Source of the DNA: Burkholderiales bacterium
GTDB taxonomy: Bacteria > Pseudomonadota > Gammaproteobacteria > Burkholderiales > Eutrophovitaceae
Direction of reading: 5' to 3'
NCBI GenBank assembly: GCA_028379895.1
Contig: JAOEKQ010000002.1
Coordinates: forward strand, 56,620-120,619
Length of the DNA: 64,000 nt
The translations under genes were made by a program, and so were the position numbers. How positions within the stretch are numbered: position 1 is the first letter of the stretch; each line of letters opens with the position of its first letter. A model generated the notes under the pieces. It was not told where the DNA came from. It saw only the letters and a program-made list of their open reading frames with translations, and did not search any database. Of this stretch, positions 32,365 through 44,876 are shown piece after piece.

Positions 32365-32937
32365 ATGGAACACACAAATGAGCATAGAACTGAAAACCTA
32401 AACAATTTATCTTCTTTTAAAGGCAATATTTATCTTGTTGGGATGATGGGGGCGGGAAAGACATCTGTAGGGCGGCTGCTCGCAAAGCGAGCTCGCAAAA
32501 GCTTTTTCGACTCAGATCAGGTTATTGAAGAGCGAACAGGCGTGTCGATCCCTACAATTTTTCATCATGAGGGCGAGACTGGGTTTCGTGCTCGGGAGCA
32601 GGCTGCAATTTCCGATTTAACGAAACTCGATGATATTGTGCTCGCGACTGGCGGAGGCGCGGTTCTCTTAGAAGAAAACCGAAAATCTTTGGGAGCTACA
32701 GGGTTCGTTGTATACCTTAAAGCCCAAGTTGAACAGTTATGGAGGCGCACTCAGGCAGATAAAAATAGACCGCTGTTAGATACTGAAGATCCTATAGCGA
32801 AATTAGAAGATTTATTTCGTGTCAGAGATCCTATTTATACTGCTCTGGCAGATTTGGTAATCGAAACTGGGGATCCGAATTTACAGGTTTTTTTGGGTAG
32901 ATTAGAGAGCGAACTTGTTGAAGCCCGGGTGCAATAG
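32365..32937 (+). CDS. aroK: Shikimate kinase
   Basis: Walker A GMMGAGKTSVGR, DSD, GGGAV. The track starts at TTG 32359; ATG 32365 is more likely. Confidence 0.9.
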   Translation: MEHTNEHRTENLNNLSSFKGNIYLVGMMGAGKTSVGRLLAKRARKSFFDSDQVIEERTGVSIPTIFHHEGETGFRAREQAAISDLTKLDDIVLATGGGAVLLEENRKSLGATGFVVYLKAQVEQLWRRTQADKNRPLLDTEDPIAKLEDLFRVRDPIYTALADLVIETGDPNLQVFLGRLESELVEARVQ

Positions 32938-32946
32938 CTTAAATCT

Positions 32947-34038
32947 ATGAATAACAGACAAATCATTGTGGGGCTCGAAGAGCGGTCTTATCCAATTATT
33001 ATCGGACAAGATCTTTTTAAAACTAGGAATGCATTAGATGACATTGGGTTGCGAGGCCAGCGTTTTGTTTTTGTAACGAACGATGTCGTTGGCCCGATTT
33101 ATCTTTCTGCAGTCGCTGAGTGTTTCTTAAGCTCGGGAAAAAGTATCGAGAGCATAATTATTCCGGATGGAGAACAATTTAAATCGCAAGATACATTAAT
33201 TTCCATATACGATCAGTTAATAGCTAAACGAATTGATCGTTCAACAACTGTTGTGGCTCTGGGTGGAGGTGTGGTTGGGGATGTTGCTGGGTTCGCGGCG
33301 GCAACTTATCAGCGTGGAATACCGTTTATTCAAATCCCTACGACGTTACTCGCTCAGGTGGATTCCTCCGTCGGAGGTAAGACTGCGATTAACCATCCTG
33401 CTGGAAAAAATATGATTGGCGCTTTTTATCAGCCAAAAGCCGTGTTCATCAGTTTAGATATGTTGCGTACGCTCCCGGATCGTGAGTTTAAGGCTGGCTT
33501 GGCCGAGGTTGTGAAGTATGGCGCGATAATGGACTACACTTTTTTTATCTGGCTTGAGCATAATATGCGAGCACTTCTAAACCGTGAGTATGATGCTTTG
33601 GCTTATGCGGTTGAGCGGTGCTGTTTGAATAAGGCGAAGATTGTGGAGGATGACGAGACCGAGTCGGGGTCAAGAGCTTTATTGAATTTTGGACATACTT
33701 TTGGTCATGCTGTTGAGGCTGGCCTCGGCTACGGTAAGTGGTTGCATGGTGAGGCCGTTGCGGTTGGTATGCTTATGGCTGCAAGCTTATCTGTTCTAGC
33801 GGGAGAGTTGGAGCAATCAGATTGGGTTCGGATACAAAAACTCTTAATTCAAGTCGGACTGCCCGTTGAGGCGCCAGATTTAGGTTGTAATCGATATTTA
33901 GAGTTGATGGGATATGACAAGAAAGTGTTGGATGGAAAGTTGCGATTAGTGTTATTAAAAAATCTTGGTACGGCTTATGTCACACCTGATTTTTCAGAGG
34001 AATTATTGATTGAGGTGCTAATAGGAGTTAAACAATAG
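32947..34038 (+). CDS. aroB: 3-dehydroquinate synthase
   Basis: 363 aa. ALGGGVVGDVAGFAAATYQRGIPFIQIPTTLLAQVDSSVGGKTAINH and FGHTFGHA metal-site blocks. Confidence 0.95.
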   Translation: MNNRQIIVGLEERSYPIIIGQDLFKTRNALDDIGLRGQRFVFVTNDVVGPIYLSAVAECFLSSGKSIESIIIPDGEQFKSQDTLISIYDQLIAKRIDRSTTVVALGGGVVGDVAGFAAATYQRGIPFIQIPTTLLAQVDSSVGGKTAINHPAGKNMIGAFYQPKAVFISLDMLRTLPDREFKAGLAEVVKYGAIMDYTFFIWLEHNMRALLNREYDALAYAVERCCLNKAKIVEDDETESGSRALLNFGHTFGHAVEAGLGYGKWLHGEAVAVGMLMAASLSVLAGELEQSDWVRIQKLLIQVGLPVEAPDLGCNRYLELMGYDKKVLDGKLRLVLLKNLGTAYVTPDFSEELLIEVLIGVKQ

Positions 34039-34040
34039 CG

Positions 34041-35168
34041 ATGTCGAGTGGTTATCTTGCGGATTACGCGGTTCCGACGGATGCTACCCTCGGCCGTCAG
34101 CATGACGAAAAGAAAGCGGTTGGTCGTTCTGAATTTCAACGTGATCGAGATCGTATTATTCATTCAACCGCATTTCGTAGGCTAGAATATAAAACCCAGG
34201 TTTTTGTTAACCATGAAGGGGATCACTTTAGAACCCGTCTAACCCATAGCCTAGAAGTGGCGCAGATCGCGCGATCTGTGGCGTTTAGCCTCGGTTTAAA
34301 TGTTGACTTGGTTGAGGCGGTCGCGTTAGCCCACGACCTAGGACACACTCCTTTTGGTCACAGCGGCCAAGATGCCCTAAATGAGAGCATGGAGGCATTT
34401 GGTGGCTTTGAGCATAATCTTCAATCCTTGCGTGTTATTGATCATCTCGAACTCAGATATGCTCAGTTTGATGGCCTAAATCTCTGTTTTGAGACGCGAG
34501 AGGGTATCTTAAAACATTGTTCATTGAAAAATGCGCGGGAGTTGGGAGAGGTTGGTAAACGATTTATTGAAAACCGCCGGCCCTCTTTGGAGGCTCAGTT
34601 GGCGAACGTTGCCGATGGACTGGCTTACAACAACCACGATATTGATGATGGATTACGGTCTGGCTTGTTGAATTTGACCCATATGAGTGATTTACCAGTT
34701 TTTGGGCAGCACCTGAAGGCGGTGGCTAACGAATATCCAAACATTGAAGAGCCACGACGTGTGAGCGAGGCGATACGACGGACTGTTAATAGCTTTGTTA
34801 TTGATTTAACTGAAGAAAGTGCACGTTTGATTCGTGAGGCTAAACCTACCTCGCTTGATGATGTTCGCAAATTACCAGAGTTGATTTGCTTTAGCGAAAG
34901 GATGCATCGAAACCATGAGGAGCTAAAGCAGTATCTGCATCAATATTTGTACAGACACTTTAAAGTACAGCGTATGGCTGATAAAGCTAAACGCGTAGTC
35001 AGTAGTTTGTTTAAAGCCTTTAAAAAGGACGTAGGGTTACTTCCTCCTCGGTATCAAGTTCAAGCGAAGATTGATGCCCCCCGAGCAATATCGGACTATA
35101 TTGCTGGAATGACAGATCGATACGCGATGAAGGAATATCGACAGATATTTTTAGTCGATTCAGTGTGA
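34041..35168 (+). CDS. dgt: dGTP triphosphohydrolase-like HD-domain protein
   Basis: 375 aa. FQRDRDRIIHS..FRRL..KTQV, HD motif THSLEVAQIARS ... LAHDLGHTPFGH. Conserved aroK-aroB-dgt order. Confidence 0.88.
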   Translation: MSSGYLADYAVPTDATLGRQHDEKKAVGRSEFQRDRDRIIHSTAFRRLEYKTQVFVNHEGDHFRTRLTHSLEVAQIARSVAFSLGLNVDLVEAVALAHDLGHTPFGHSGQDALNESMEAFGGFEHNLQSLRVIDHLELRYAQFDGLNLCFETREGILKHCSLKNARELGEVGKRFIENRRPSLEAQLANVADGLAYNNHDIDDGLRSGLLNLTHMSDLPVFGQHLKAVANEYPNIEEPRRVSEAIRRTVNSFVIDLTEESARLIREAKPTSLDDVRKLPELICFSERMHRNHEELKQYLHQYLYRHFKVQRMADKAKRVVSSLFKAFKKDVGLLPPRYQVQAKIDAPRAISDYIAGMTDRYAMKEYRQIFLVDSV

Positions 35169-35321
35169 ACAAATCTCGGCTATATTGATCAAACGGGTTC
35201 TAACGCGGTACCATAGTGGGTCGTACCTACATCCGGTAGACAGCTGGATTTAGCGTCCATAGAGAGACGATTAATTCCTAGAAATTTTTATTGAATTAAT
35301 TTCAGAGTGAGAGGCAAGATT

Positions 35322-38300
35322 GTGACTAAGTTTGTAAAACCCGCCGCCCAAGGGCTGTATAACCCCGCAAATGAACATGACGCGTGCGGTGTAGGATTTA
35401 TAGCGCACATCAAAGGCGAAAAAAGTCATCGTATAGTGGATCAAGGACTACAGATTCTAGACAACTTGACTCATCGTGGTGCAACTGGGTTCGATCCATT
35501 GCTTGGAGATGGTGCTGGTATTTTGGTGCAAATTCCAGATGATTTTTTTCGAAATTTGAAAGACTTAGTGTTTGATTTGCCTCTTCCCGGAGACTACGGG
35601 GTTGGGATGGTTTTTTTACCCCAAGATAAAAAAAGTAGATCGAAAATTCAAAAAACCCTAGAGGAGTTTACAACGGCCGAAGGCCAAGAGGTCCTTGGAT
35701 GGCGAGACGTGCCAGTTGATAATTCAGGAATTAGTCAGACCGCGCGAGACGTTGAACCCGTTATTCGACAAGTGTTTATACGCCGCGGAACAAATTGCCA
35801 GACGGTACAAGAGTTTGAGCGGAAACTTTTCGTAATTCGTAAGCAGGCAGAGCATCGGGTTTCCAGTTTCACTGACATAGGAGCGGGGGGTTTTTATCTA
35901 TCGTCGATGTCCGCAAGAACTATTGTCTATAAAGGAATGTTACTCGCAAGTCAGGTCGGTGATTATTACTTAGACCTATCTGAAAAAGCTTTCGCTTCTT
36001 CCTTGGCTCTTGTCCACCAACGCTTTTCTACGAACACGTTTCCCAGTTGGGAGCTTGCCCATCCATTCAGAATGATTGGACATAACGGTGAATTTAATAC
36101 TTTGCGCGGAAATGTTAATTGGATGAGGGCTAGACAACAAGCGTTATCTTCGCCAGTTCTTGGAGAGGATCTCAGCAAATTGTGGCCCTTGATAGACGAA
36201 ATACAGTCTGATTCGGCTTGTTTTGATAACGCGCTGGAGTTATTAGTGTTGTGCGGATATTCTGCTGCGCAAGCCATGATGTTGTTGATCCCTGAGGCGT
36301 GGTCGGGTAACGCATTAATGAGCCGTGATCGTAAGAATTTCTTCGAGTACCATGCTCCAGCAATGGAGCCATGGGACGGTCCTGCTGCGGTCGCATTCAC
36401 GGATGGAATTCAAATTGGTGCGACGCTGGATCGAAATGGATTAAGGCCCGCGCGTTACGTTGTGACCAAAGACGATTTAGTCATTATGGCTTCCGAAGTC
36501 GGCGTGTTGCCCGTAGAAGAAAAAAACGTTGCTCACAAGTGGCGGTTAGAGCCCGGTAAGATGCTGCTGATCGATACGAAGCAGGGACGGATTATTGGGG
36601 ACGAGGAAATAAAAGAAACCTTGATTGCTGAGCGTGATTATGGTGCGTTATTACCAGATTCTAAAATAGTTCTGTCTGATTTGCCGATAGCTGCTGAGCA
36701 GCGCCCGGTTAGAAATACTAAAGCCTTGCTCGACATGCAGCAGTCCTTTGGCTTTACTCAAGAGGATATTAAGTTTGTTTTGATGCCAATGGGTGAGTCC
36801 GGCCAAGAAGGCACCGGGTCAATGGGTAACGATTCACCGTTAGCTGTGCTATCAGACAAAAACAAGTCACTTTATAATTATTTCAAACAATTATTTGCCC
36901 AAGTTACAAATCCGCCAGTTGATCCAATACGAGAAGAGCTTGTGATGTCTTTAATCTCGTACGTGGGACCAAAGCCTAACCTGCTTGGGATTGACTATAA
37001 GACTGTAGTGAAATGTTTGGAGCTTTCACAACCGATTTTAAATTTCGATGAATACGACACGCTTGTTAATATTTCTAAGTCTACCCGCGGAACGTTCGAT
37101 AGCGAGATCATTGATATTACGTTCCCTCAGGCTCATGGGCCTGAGGGTCTAGAAAAGCGGTTAGGCGCGATATGCGATCAAGCGGAAAGTGCGGTACAAA
37201 ACGGTAAGACGATACTGATCCTCTCAGATAATACGGTCAATTCAGAGCGGGTCGCAATTCCAGCCTTGTTAGCCACCAGCGGTGTACATCATCATTTAGT
37301 CCGACTCGGTCTGAGAACAAAAACCGGGCTAGTTGTCAGTACCGGTTCGGCAAGGGAGACCCATCACTTCGCCTTGCTGGCGGGTTATGGTGCAGAGGCG
37401 ATCCATCCATGGTTGGCCATGGAAACGCTATCCTCAGTATCAGACGAATTAAAACAAGATGGGGCGGCAGCCCACAAAAATTATGTGAAGGCGATTGGTA
37501 AAGGGCTAAACAAAGTTATGTCGAAAATGGGCATATCAACATACCAGTCGTACTGCGGTGCTCAGATTTTTGAGGCGATAGGTTTAAATACTGAGTTTAT
37601 TGACCGCTTCTTTACGGGGACGTCAAGCAACGTCGAGGGCATAGGTATTCAAGAGGTTGCGATTGAATCTATTAATGAGCACACTCGAGCCTTCAGTGAA
37701 AAAGATCCCACCCTCATTGATTCCCTTGATGCCGGTGGCGAGTATGCTTTTAGAGTGCGCGGCGAAGCGCATATGTGGACTCCGGACTCAATTGCGACTT
37801 TGCAGCGGGCTACTCGGACAAATGAGTATTCAACCTATAAAGAATATGCCGAGATGATTAACCAGCAAAGCCGACGTCATATGACGTTACGAGGGTTATT
37901 CGAAATAAATCCACTGGGTGAGCCTGTCTCGATTGAAGAGGTAGAACCCTGGACAGAAATCGTTAAACGATTTGCTACTGGGGCTATGTCGTTAGGGTCT
38001 ATCTCTACAGAAGCACACACTACCCTTGCAATCGCGATGAATCGTATCGGGGGCAAATCGAATACGGGTGAAGGTGGAGAGGACCCTGGACGATTCCAAC
38101 CTGTAACAAAAAAAACAAGCACTAAAAATGTGCTGGGGTCTGTGGTTGTTACTGATGTTGACCTCGAAGAGGGCGATACGCTCAGGTCGAAAATCAAGCA
38201 AGTAGCTTCCGGCCGATTTGGCGTGACCGCTGAGTACTTAGCAAATGCTGATCAAATTCAAATCAAAGTAGCTCAAGGCGCTAAACCAGGTGAGGGCGGT

Positions 38301-39959
38301 CAATTGCCAGGCCATAAGGTGTCCCAATATATTGCTAAGTTGAGATTTTCTGTACCTGGAGTTGGTCTTATTTCGCCTCCACCGCATCATGATATTTATT
38401 CCATTGAGGATTTAGCGCAACTTATTCATGACCTTAAAAATGCGAATCCTAAGGCCACGATCAGCGTCAAATTGGTGTCTGAAATTGGTGTTGGTACCGT
38501 AGCCGCTGGCGTTTCGAAAGCGAAATCAGACCATGTTGTAATAGCAGGGTATGACGGGGGAACGGGCGCTTCGCCATTGTCGTCCATCAAGCATGCAGGC
38601 GCGCCTTGGGAGCTAGGCTTGTCTGAAACCCAGCAAACTCTGGTCCTCAATCAGCTTCGAGGCCGTATCATTGTTCAAGTCGATGGCCAAATGAAAACAG
38701 GTCGTGATGTTATTGTTGGGGCGTTGCTAGGTGCAGATGAATTTGGATTCGCTACGGCGCCTTTAGTGGTTGAGGGGTGCATAATGATGCGTAAATGCCA
38801 TTTGAATACGTGTCCGGTGGGTATTGCGACTCAGGATCCTGTGCTTCGAGAGAAATTCTCAGGTAAGCCTGAACATGTGATTAATTATTTCCATTTCGTC
38901 GCGCAGGAAATTCGGGAGATTATGGCGAGTATGGGTGTTCGTAGCCTAAACGAAATTATCGGTCGGTCTGATTTGCTTGATACTCGAGGCGGAGTTAATC
39001 ATTGGAAAGCTAAGGGACTAGATTTTTCCAAGATCTTTTATCGGCCAGATATGCCAGAAGAAGTTGCCAGGCGCCACCTCGAGCATCAAGACCATGGGCT
39101 TGAAAAAGGTTTAGATAATAGGCTGATCGATCAGGCAAAAGAGGCTCTGGCAGATCAGGTGCCCGTGCGAATCGAAAGTAAAGTAAAAAATGCTAATCGT
39201 AGCGTAGGGGCGATGCTATCCAATCAAGTGGCAACACGCTATGGACATGCTGGGCTTCCGGATGAAACTATCACAGTAGATTTCGAAGGTACTGCGGGAC
39301 AAAGTTTCGGAGTTTTTCTTGCAAAAGGAATTACATTTAATCTTCGGGGTGATGCAAACGACTATGTAGGAAAGGGGCTGTCTGGCGGACGTATTGTCAT
39401 TCATCCATCAGATGATTTTAGTGGTGCGTCCTCGAATAATATTGTGGTCGGTAATACCGTTTTGTATGGCGCTGTTGAGGGAGAAGTTTACTTCTCTGGG
39501 GTCGCTGGAGAGCGGTTTGCGGTTAGAAATAGCGGAGCTTCTGCGGTCGTTGAAGGAGTTGGAGATCACTGTTGCGAGTATATGACGGGCGGTACAGTTG
39601 TGGTACTCGGTGACACGGGTAGAAACTTTGCAGCTGGTATGAGCGGAGGTATCGCCTATGTTTACGACCCGAAAGGAAATTTCGAGCTTCGTTGTAATCC
39701 CTCTATGGTAGGTTTGGAGAAGCTGCTCCCGATGGATCAGCAGGCGCCTGTAAATCTGCATTGCGGTAAATTTGACGAGGAACTCTTGAGGCATTTAGTG
39801 TTAGAGCATCATAAACGTACTGGTAGTTCGGTCGCAGAAGAGGTTCTCGCCGACTGGAATTTGGCAAGGAGTAAGTTTGTTAAAGTGTTTCCGCACGAAT
39901 ATCGTCGTGCATTAACTGAACTTGCTCAAAGTAACAAAAGTGAACGGGAGGCAGCATAA
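35322..39959 (+). CDS. gltB: Glutamate synthase (NADPH) large subunit
   Basis: About 1545 aa. Ntn-amidotransferase Cys in [10 protein letters not shown], central and FMN domains (..GEGGEDP.., [31 protein letters not shown]), C-terminal GXGXG beta-helix domain. The track starts at GTG 35307; GTG 35322 has a GAGAGG Shine-Dalgarno 7 nt upstream. Start is uncertain by 5 codons. Confidence 0.95.
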   Translation: MTKFVKPAAQGLYNPANEHDACGVGFIAHIKGEKSHRIVDQGLQILDNLTHRGATGFDPLLGDGAGILVQIPDDFFRNLKDLVFDLPLPGDYGVGMVFLPQDKKSRSKIQKTLEEFTTAEGQEVLGWRDVPVDNSGISQTARDVEPVIRQVFIRRGTNCQTVQEFERKLFVIRKQAEHRVSSFTDIGAGGFYLSSMSARTIVYKGMLLASQVGDYYLDLSEKAFASSLALVHQRFSTNTFPSWELAHPFRMIGHNGEFNTLRGNVNWMRARQQALSSPVLGEDLSKLWPLIDEIQSDSACFDNALELLVLCGYSAAQAMMLLIPEAWSGNALMSRDRKNFFEYHAPAMEPWDGPAAVAFTDGIQIGATLDRNGLRPARYVVTKDDLVIMASEVGVLPVEEKNVAHKWRLEPGKMLLIDTKQGRIIGDEEIKETLIAERDYGALLPDSKIVLSDLPIAAEQRPVRNTKALLDMQQSFGFTQEDIKFVLMPMGESGQEGTGSMGNDSPLAVLSDKNKSLYNYFKQLFAQVTNPPVDPIREELVMSLISYVGPKPNLLGIDYKTVVKCLELSQPILNFDEYDTLVNISKSTRGTFDSEIIDITFPQAHGPEGLEKRLGAICDQAESAVQNGKTILILSDNTVNSERVAIPALLATSGVHHHLVRLGLRTKTGLVVSTGSARETHHFALLAGYGAEAIHPWLAMETLSSVSDELKQDGAAAHKNYVKAIGKGLNKVMSKMGISTYQSYCGAQIFEAIGLNTEFIDRFFTGTSSNVEGIGIQEVAIESINEHTRAFSEKDPTLIDSLDAGGEYAFRVRGEAHMWTPDSIATLQRATRTNEYSTYKEYAEMINQQSRRHMTLRGLFEINPLGEPVSIEEVEPWTEIVKRFATGAMSLGSISTEAHTTLAIAMNRIGGKSNTGEGGEDPGRFQPVTKKTSTKNVLGSVVVTDVDLEEGDTLRSKIKQVASGRFGVTAEYLANADQIQIKVAQGAKPGEGGQLPGHKVSQYIAKLRFSVPGVGLISPPPHHDIYSIEDLAQLIHDLKNANPKATISVKLVSEIGVGTVAAGVSKAKSDHVVIAGYDGGTGASPLSSIKHAGAPWELGLSETQQTLVLNQLRGRIIVQVDGQMKTGRDVIVGALLGADEFGFATAPLVVEGCIMMRKCHLNTCPVGIATQDPVLREKFSGKPEHVINYFHFVAQEIREIMASMGVRSLNEIIGRSDLLDTRGGVNHWKAKGLDFSKIFYRPDMPEEVARRHLEHQDHGLEKGLDNRLIDQAKEALADQVPVRIESKVKNANRSVGAMLSNQVATRYGHAGLPDETITVDFEGTAGQSFGVFLAKGITFNLRGDANDYVGKGLSGGRIVIHPSDDFSGASSNNIVVGNTVLYGAVEGEVYFSGVAGERFAVRNSGASAVVEGVGDHCCEYMTGGTVVVLGDTGRNFAAGMSGGIAYVYDPKGNFELRCNPSMVGLEKLLPMDQQAPVNLHCGKFDEELLRHLVLEHHKRTGSSVAEEVLADWNLARSKFVKVFPHEYRRALTELAQSNKSEREAA

Positions 39960-39960
39960 G

Positions 39961-41439
39961 ATGGGAAAACCAACCGGTTTTTTAGAGCATGAGCGGGTGA
40001 ACGAATCAAGTGTACCTGTCGACAACAGACTTAAAAATTACAATGAATTTGTAATAACGCACTCAGATGATGAAGCCTCTCGCCAGGGCGCGCGTTGCAT
40101 GGATTGCGGGATTCCATTTTGCCAAAGCGGTTGTCCAGTGAATAATATAATTCCCGATTGGAATGATCTGGTGTACCGCCAAAACTGGCAATCCGCGCTA
40201 CAAACATTGCATTCTACAAATAATTTCCCTGAATTTACCGGTCGCATCTGTCCGGCACCGTGTGAATCCTCTTGTACATTGAACATAAATGATTCGGCCG
40301 TGGCGATTAAATCGATTGAGCATGCCATTGTTGATAAAGGTTGGAATCAGGGTTGGATCGTACCTCGAGTCTCTGCGCAAAAAACTGGTAAGCGGGTAGC
40401 TGTAGTTGGCTCAGGTCCAGCGGGGTTAGCGTGCGCTCAGCAGTTAGCGAGAGTTGGACACGACGTTGTTGTTTTTGAAAAGAACGACCGAATTGGAGGC
40501 CTGCTTCGTTACGGAATTCCAGATTTTAAGATGGAAAAAACCCATATCGACCGTCGCGTTTTACAAATGGAGCAAGAGGGCGTGGAATTTAGAACTAGTG
40601 TGTGCGTCGGGGCCCCTGGTGAACCCATTGTTGGCGTTAACAACTTATCACAAAAATTTGTTGCTCACGACGAGCTATTAAAAGAGTTCGACGCAATCGC
40701 ATTGACGGGAGGCTCTGAGGTTCCAAGAGATCTTGCAGTAGATGGAAGGGATTTGAAAGGTGTGCACTATGCTATGGAATTCTTGCCTCAGCAAAATAGA
40801 GTGGTTGCTGGAGACAAATTGGATAGCCAGATTATGGCTACAGGTAAGCATGTTGTAGTTATAGGGGGCGGCGATACAGGATCTGATTGTGTGGGAACGT
40901 CTAACCGACAAGGAGCGGCTTCAGTCACCCAATTTGAATTGATGCCCATGCCCCCAGAGCAGGAGAATCGACCGCTTACTTGGCCCGATTGGCCTATTAA
41001 GTTAAGGACATCCTCTTCACATGAAGAGGGTTGCTCTCGTGACTGGTCGGTTACAACAAAGCGCTTCGAAGGCGAGGGAGGCAAAGTTACGAAATTGATA
41101 GCGGCTCGATTAGAGTGGCAAAAAGGCGACGATGGACGCATGCAAATGAGAGAAATGCCGAACAGTGAATTTGAAATGAAGGCCGACTTGGTACTTTTCG
41201 CTATGGGGTTCGTTAACCCTGTTCGCGAAGGCTTGTTAGCCTCATTAGGCGTCAAACTTGATGGCCGAGGTAATGTGGACGCAAGTACGGAGGATTATCA
41301 AACCTCTCACGATAAAGTCTTTGTTGCTGGCGACATGCGACGAGGTCAATCGTTAGTCGTTTGGGCCATTCGAGAAGGCCGACAATGTGCCCGTTCAATA
41401 GATGAGGTGCTTATGGGCCGATCGGAACTTCCACGATAA
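39961..41439 (+). CDS. gltD: Glutamate synthase small subunit
   Basis: [10 protein letters not shown]-terminus at ATG 39961, 1 nt after the gltB stop. The track's 39922 start is an in-gltB extension. Fe-S cysteines [14 protein letters not shown] ... CPAPCESSC, and [14 protein letters not shown] dinucleotide fold. Confidence 0.95.
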   Translation: MGKPTGFLEHERVNESSVPVDNRLKNYNEFVITHSDDEASRQGARCMDCGIPFCQSGCPVNNIIPDWNDLVYRQNWQSALQTLHSTNNFPEFTGRICPAPCESSCTLNINDSAVAIKSIEHAIVDKGWNQGWIVPRVSAQKTGKRVAVVGSGPAGLACAQQLARVGHDVVVFEKNDRIGGLLRYGIPDFKMEKTHIDRRVLQMEQEGVEFRTSVCVGAPGEPIVGVNNLSQKFVAHDELLKEFDAIALTGGSEVPRDLAVDGRDLKGVHYAMEFLPQQNRVVAGDKLDSQIMATGKHVVVIGGGDTGSDCVGTSNRQGAASVTQFELMPMPPEQENRPLTWPDWPIKLRTSSSHEEGCSRDWSVTTKRFEGEGGKVTKLIAARLEWQKGDDGRMQMREMPNSEFEMKADLVLFAMGFVNPVREGLLASLGVKLDGRGNVDASTEDYQTSHDKVFVAGDMRRGQSLVVWAIREGRQCARSIDEVLMGRSELPR

Positions 41440-41486
41440 GTGCGGGGTTCGTGTAATTTCAATTAGTTTTTAGAAGGAGGCGCCAA

Positions 41487-42551
41487 GTGGCTCAGCTTCA
41501 AAATGATGTTTTTTTACGGGCGCTACTTCGACAACCAACTCCTTATACGCCTGTCTGGATTATGCGTCAGGCGGGACGCTATCTTCCGGAGTACAACAAG
41601 ACTCGTACTCAAGCAGGATCGTTTCTTAGTCTTTGTAAAAATCCAGATCTAGCCACAGAGGTAACGCTTCAGCCGTTAGCTCGATTTAATCTTGACGCTG
41701 CAATTTTATTTTCGGATATATTAACTATCCCAGATGCCATGGGGTTAGGGCTTTATTTTGCCGATGGAGAAGGCCCGAAGTTTGAGCGCCCCTTAAGGGA
41801 AGAAAAACAGATTCAACTACTTTCAGCCATTGAGCCAGAGGAACAATTAAAGTACGTGATTGATGCCGTTCGGTCAATTAAGATAGCGTTGAGCGACCGT
41901 TTGCCACTTATCGGTTTTTCAGGTAGCCCATTTACTTTAGCGTGTTACATGATTGAAGGCAAAGGCGGAACAGATTTTCATCGTGTCAAAAAAATGGCAT
42001 ATGAACGCCCTGATTTATTCAATAAAATTTTAGAAGTCACATCTGCGTCTGTAATTGCTTATTTGAATGCTCAGATACTGGCCGGCGCCAATGCAGTCAT
42101 GATATTTGATACTTGGGGTGGCAGCTTAACGTCTAAAGCTTTTAAACAGTTCTCACAAAAGAATCTAAATCAAATATGTTCTTCTTTGATAAGAGAGGTT
42201 GAAGGGAAGCTGATCCCGCGTGTCGTATTTACTAAGGGTGGTGGACAGTGGCTTGAAAGTCTTGTGGAAACCGGAGCAGATGCTTTGGGTTTAGATTGGT
42301 CTACCGATATAGCTGATGCTCGCAACAGAGTAGGGGATCGTGTAGGCCTACAAGGCAACATGGACCCGGCGATATTGCTCACAAATCCAGATGTAATTCA
42401 AAAAGAAGTTGGTGAAGTCCTCTCAGGATTTGGAGAGGGCTCTGGCCATGTGTTTAACTTGGGTCATGGTGTTTCCCAATTTACTCCACCTGAAAATGTC
42501 CTTGCGCTCGTTGAAGCCGTTCACGACCAAAGCCCTAGGTATCATCGCTGA
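41487..42551 (+). CDS. hemE: Uroporphyrinogen decarboxylase
   Basis: 354 aa, GTG start. [23 protein letters not shown] and FNLGHG blocks. GGAGG Shine-Dalgarno upstream. Confidence 0.94.
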   Translation: MAQLQNDVFLRALLRQPTPYTPVWIMRQAGRYLPEYNKTRTQAGSFLSLCKNPDLATEVTLQPLARFNLDAAILFSDILTIPDAMGLGLYFADGEGPKFERPLREEKQIQLLSAIEPEEQLKYVIDAVRSIKIALSDRLPLIGFSGSPFTLACYMIEGKGGTDFHRVKKMAYERPDLFNKILEVTSASVIAYLNAQILAGANAVMIFDTWGGSLTSKAFKQFSQKNLNQICSSLIREVEGKLIPRVVFTKGGGQWLESLVETGADALGLDWSTDIADARNRVGDRVGLQGNMDPAILLTNPDVIQKEVGEVLSGFGEGSGHVFNLGHGVSQFTPPENVLALVEAVHDQSPRYHR

Positions 42552-42626
42552 CCAAAATAGCGTTTCGCGTGTGCTGTATAGTCAATGCGGATTTTTCGTT
42601 TCTTAATGTCCTTAAACGCTTAAGTT

Positions 42627-44825
42627 ATGCTTTTTGCTCAAGTTCAACTCGACGTTCCGTTAGACGGACCTTTTGATTACCGAATTGGTTTGCATGATGT
42701 AGCGAGAGGCGCGATAGTTGTCGTGCCATTCCGAAGAAAGAAAATAGTCGGGATTGTAGAGAACGTCTCAGATGAGACTGAAGTAGATGAGCATAAACTT
42801 AAGACAATCGAATCAGTATTTAATCTCGACCTGTTGCCTGCGTCGTATTTTGCTTTTTGCCAATTTGTCGCCCGATATTATTGCGCTCGTTTTGGGCAGA
42901 TTCTTTTTTTAGGTTTGCCACTGGCGGTTCGTCGCGCCAATTTTTCAGAGCGATATAGCGAAACGGTGTTTTGTTTGAGCCATAAAGGCCGCCGGGAGAT
43001 TTCTGACTCAATTAGTCCGCGTGCGTTTGGTAAGAAAAAATTATTCAACCTGTTTCAGGATGAAAAAAATATTACTTTATCGCAGGCGCAATTTGTTTAT
43101 TCAACCGCGAGAGCGGAGTTGGCCAATTGGTTAGATAAGGGATGGGTTGCAACCAGTCAAAGAAACCAAAATTACAAATCTGCTCAAACTGCAAAGTTCA
43201 CTGACTATCAGGAAGATACTATAGGTATTAAATTAACAGGACCTCAGGAGGCGGCGGTTGAGGCTGTTTCCGCTAATCTGGATGCGCATCAGACCTGGTT
43301 ACTCCAGGGGGTGACTGGAAGCGGGAAGACAGAGGTATATTTCGAGGTCATGGCAAAAACTCTTGGTCTCGATCGACAGGTCTTGGTACTGGTGCCAGAA
43401 ATAAATTTAACGCCTCAGTTTGAGTCACGACTACGCTCACGATTTCCTAGAGAACAAATTGTTACATTAAACAGCAGTATGAACGATAAGGAGCGGGTAC
43501 AAGCTTGGATATTAGCGCGCTCGGGTTTCGCGACTATTGTGTTGGGTACTCGGCTTGCAATATTCGCATCGTTGCCTAAATTGGGTTTAATTATCGTGGA
43601 TGAGGAGCACGATATGTCATATAAGCAAGTTGAGGGTGTGCGGTATAACGCGAGAGACTTAGCTATTTATATGGCTAGAGAAAATGACATACCTATCATC
43701 TTGGGGTCAGCAACCCCATCGTTAGAAACATACTTTAATTTTGTCCAGGCTAAATACCAGCGCCTAACGTTGAATGAGCGACCCCATGGCCCACTCCCTA
43801 ATATTGAATTGATCCCTGTCGACCGAGCCCATGGACGAACAATTGCAACTGAAATAATTAACTCGATACAAGCGTGTTTGAGTCGGGGCGAGCAAGCGCT
43901 AGTATTCCTTAATCGACGCGGATATGCGTCAGCTTTATTTTGCTCCTCCTGCAATTGGGTGGCTATGTGTGGTCGTTGCTCAGCTCGTCTAACAATACAT
44001 AAGCACGCTGCTCAATTGCGCTGTCATTATTGTGGCTATCAAAGTAACGTACCGGATCAATGCGCTGAGTGCGGGAACCATGATTTAATTGATTTAGGTC
44101 AGGGAACGCAGCGCATTGAAGACGATCTGAGAACCCAATTTCCAGGGGCGTCTATCTTACGTATCGACAGTGATACGACAAAGCGTAAAGGCGCGTTTAA
44201 GGCGATGAGAGGCATCATTGAAAACTCTGACGTCGACATTATCGTAGGTACTCAAATGCTAGCTAAAGGACATGACTTCCCTAACCTCTCGCTAGTTGTC
44301 GTTTTAGGGACCGATCAGTCATTATTTAGCGCGGATTTCAGAGCAACAGAGAGACTCTATCAACAGCTATTACAGGTCTCCGGTCGACCGGGGCGGGGCG
44401 AGAAAAAAGGTCGGGTCATGCTCCAAACGGAGTTTTCACAACACCCCGTTTATCAGTCGTTAATCCATCAGACATTTGACGAATTTGCGCAAAATCTTTT
44501 GTTAGAACGTGAAGAATCGACGTTCCCTCCCTTTTGTTATCAAGCCTTGTTAAGGGTGGCTGCCAAAAAAGAATCGCAAGTATGGAAGTTTTTATCACTG
44601 GCCCAGAGGGAAGCGATCAAAATTAAGGTACCGGGGATAGAGGTGTATGATGCGGTGCCCTCTCCACTTTTTAAAATGGCGGGTCTTTATCGTGGCCAGC
44701 TTTTAATCCAGGCAGCTTCGAGAAAGTCTATGAGGGGTTTTTTGCGAATTTGGAGTATGAATATAGACGTATTAAGAGATGGTGCTGTGCGGCATGTGCT
44801 TGACGTTGACCCTTTGGACGTGTGA
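42627..44825 (+). CDS. priA: Primosomal replication-restart helicase PriA
   Basis: 732 aa. Walker A GVTGSGKTE, DEEH box (IIVDEEHD), Cys-rich Zn-binding insert CSSCNW..CGRC...CHYCG...CAECG. Confidence 0.94.
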   Translation: MLFAQVQLDVPLDGPFDYRIGLHDVARGAIVVVPFRRKKIVGIVENVSDETEVDEHKLKTIESVFNLDLLPASYFAFCQFVARYYCARFGQILFLGLPLAVRRANFSERYSETVFCLSHKGRREISDSISPRAFGKKKLFNLFQDEKNITLSQAQFVYSTARAELANWLDKGWVATSQRNQNYKSAQTAKFTDYQEDTIGIKLTGPQEAAVEAVSANLDAHQTWLLQGVTGSGKTEVYFEVMAKTLGLDRQVLVLVPEINLTPQFESRLRSRFPREQIVTLNSSMNDKERVQAWILARSGFATIVLGTRLAIFASLPKLGLIIVDEEHDMSYKQVEGVRYNARDLAIYMARENDIPIILGSATPSLETYFNFVQAKYQRLTLNERPHGPLPNIELIPVDRAHGRTIATEIINSIQACLSRGEQALVFLNRRGYASALFCSSCNWVAMCGRCSARLTIHKHAAQLRCHYCGYQSNVPDQCAECGNHDLIDLGQGTQRIEDDLRTQFPGASILRIDSDTTKRKGAFKAMRGIIENSDVDIIVGTQMLAKGHDFPNLSLVVVLGTDQSLFSADFRATERLYQQLLQVSGRPGRGEKKGRVMLQTEFSQHPVYQSLIHQTFDEFAQNLLLEREESTFPPFCYQALLRVAAKKESQVWKFLSLAQREAIKIKVPGIEVYDAVPSPLFKMAGLYRGQLLIQAASRKSMRGFLRIWSMNIDVLRDGAVRHVLDVDPLDV

Positions 44826-44876
44826 AATTTTAATTTATAGACAAAAGATAACGATGTTTTGTGTTGATAGAGTGCT

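Noticed and set aside
35169-35306. Possible cis-regulatory RNA or glutamine riboswitch in the 150-nt gltB leader
   Set aside because: I could not find the conserved glnA-motif elements or any stable extended pairing by eye. A covariance-model scan would be needed to say more.
35966-36400. 144-aa minus-strand ORF (and the nested 74-aa ORF) inside gltB
   Set aside because: It is entirely antisense to a strongly supported, conserved gltB coding region. The Ala/Ser/Pro-rich sequence is typical of shadow ORFs, and there is no recognisable motif.
39922-39960. 13-codon N-terminal extension of gltD overlapping gltB
   Set aside because: The canonical MGKPTGF start at 39961 lies 1 nt after the gltB stop. 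The extension is an artefact.
40788-41255. 155-aa minus-strand ORF inside gltD
   Set aside because: Antisense shadow ORF of a well-supported gene, with no motif and no ribosome-binding site.
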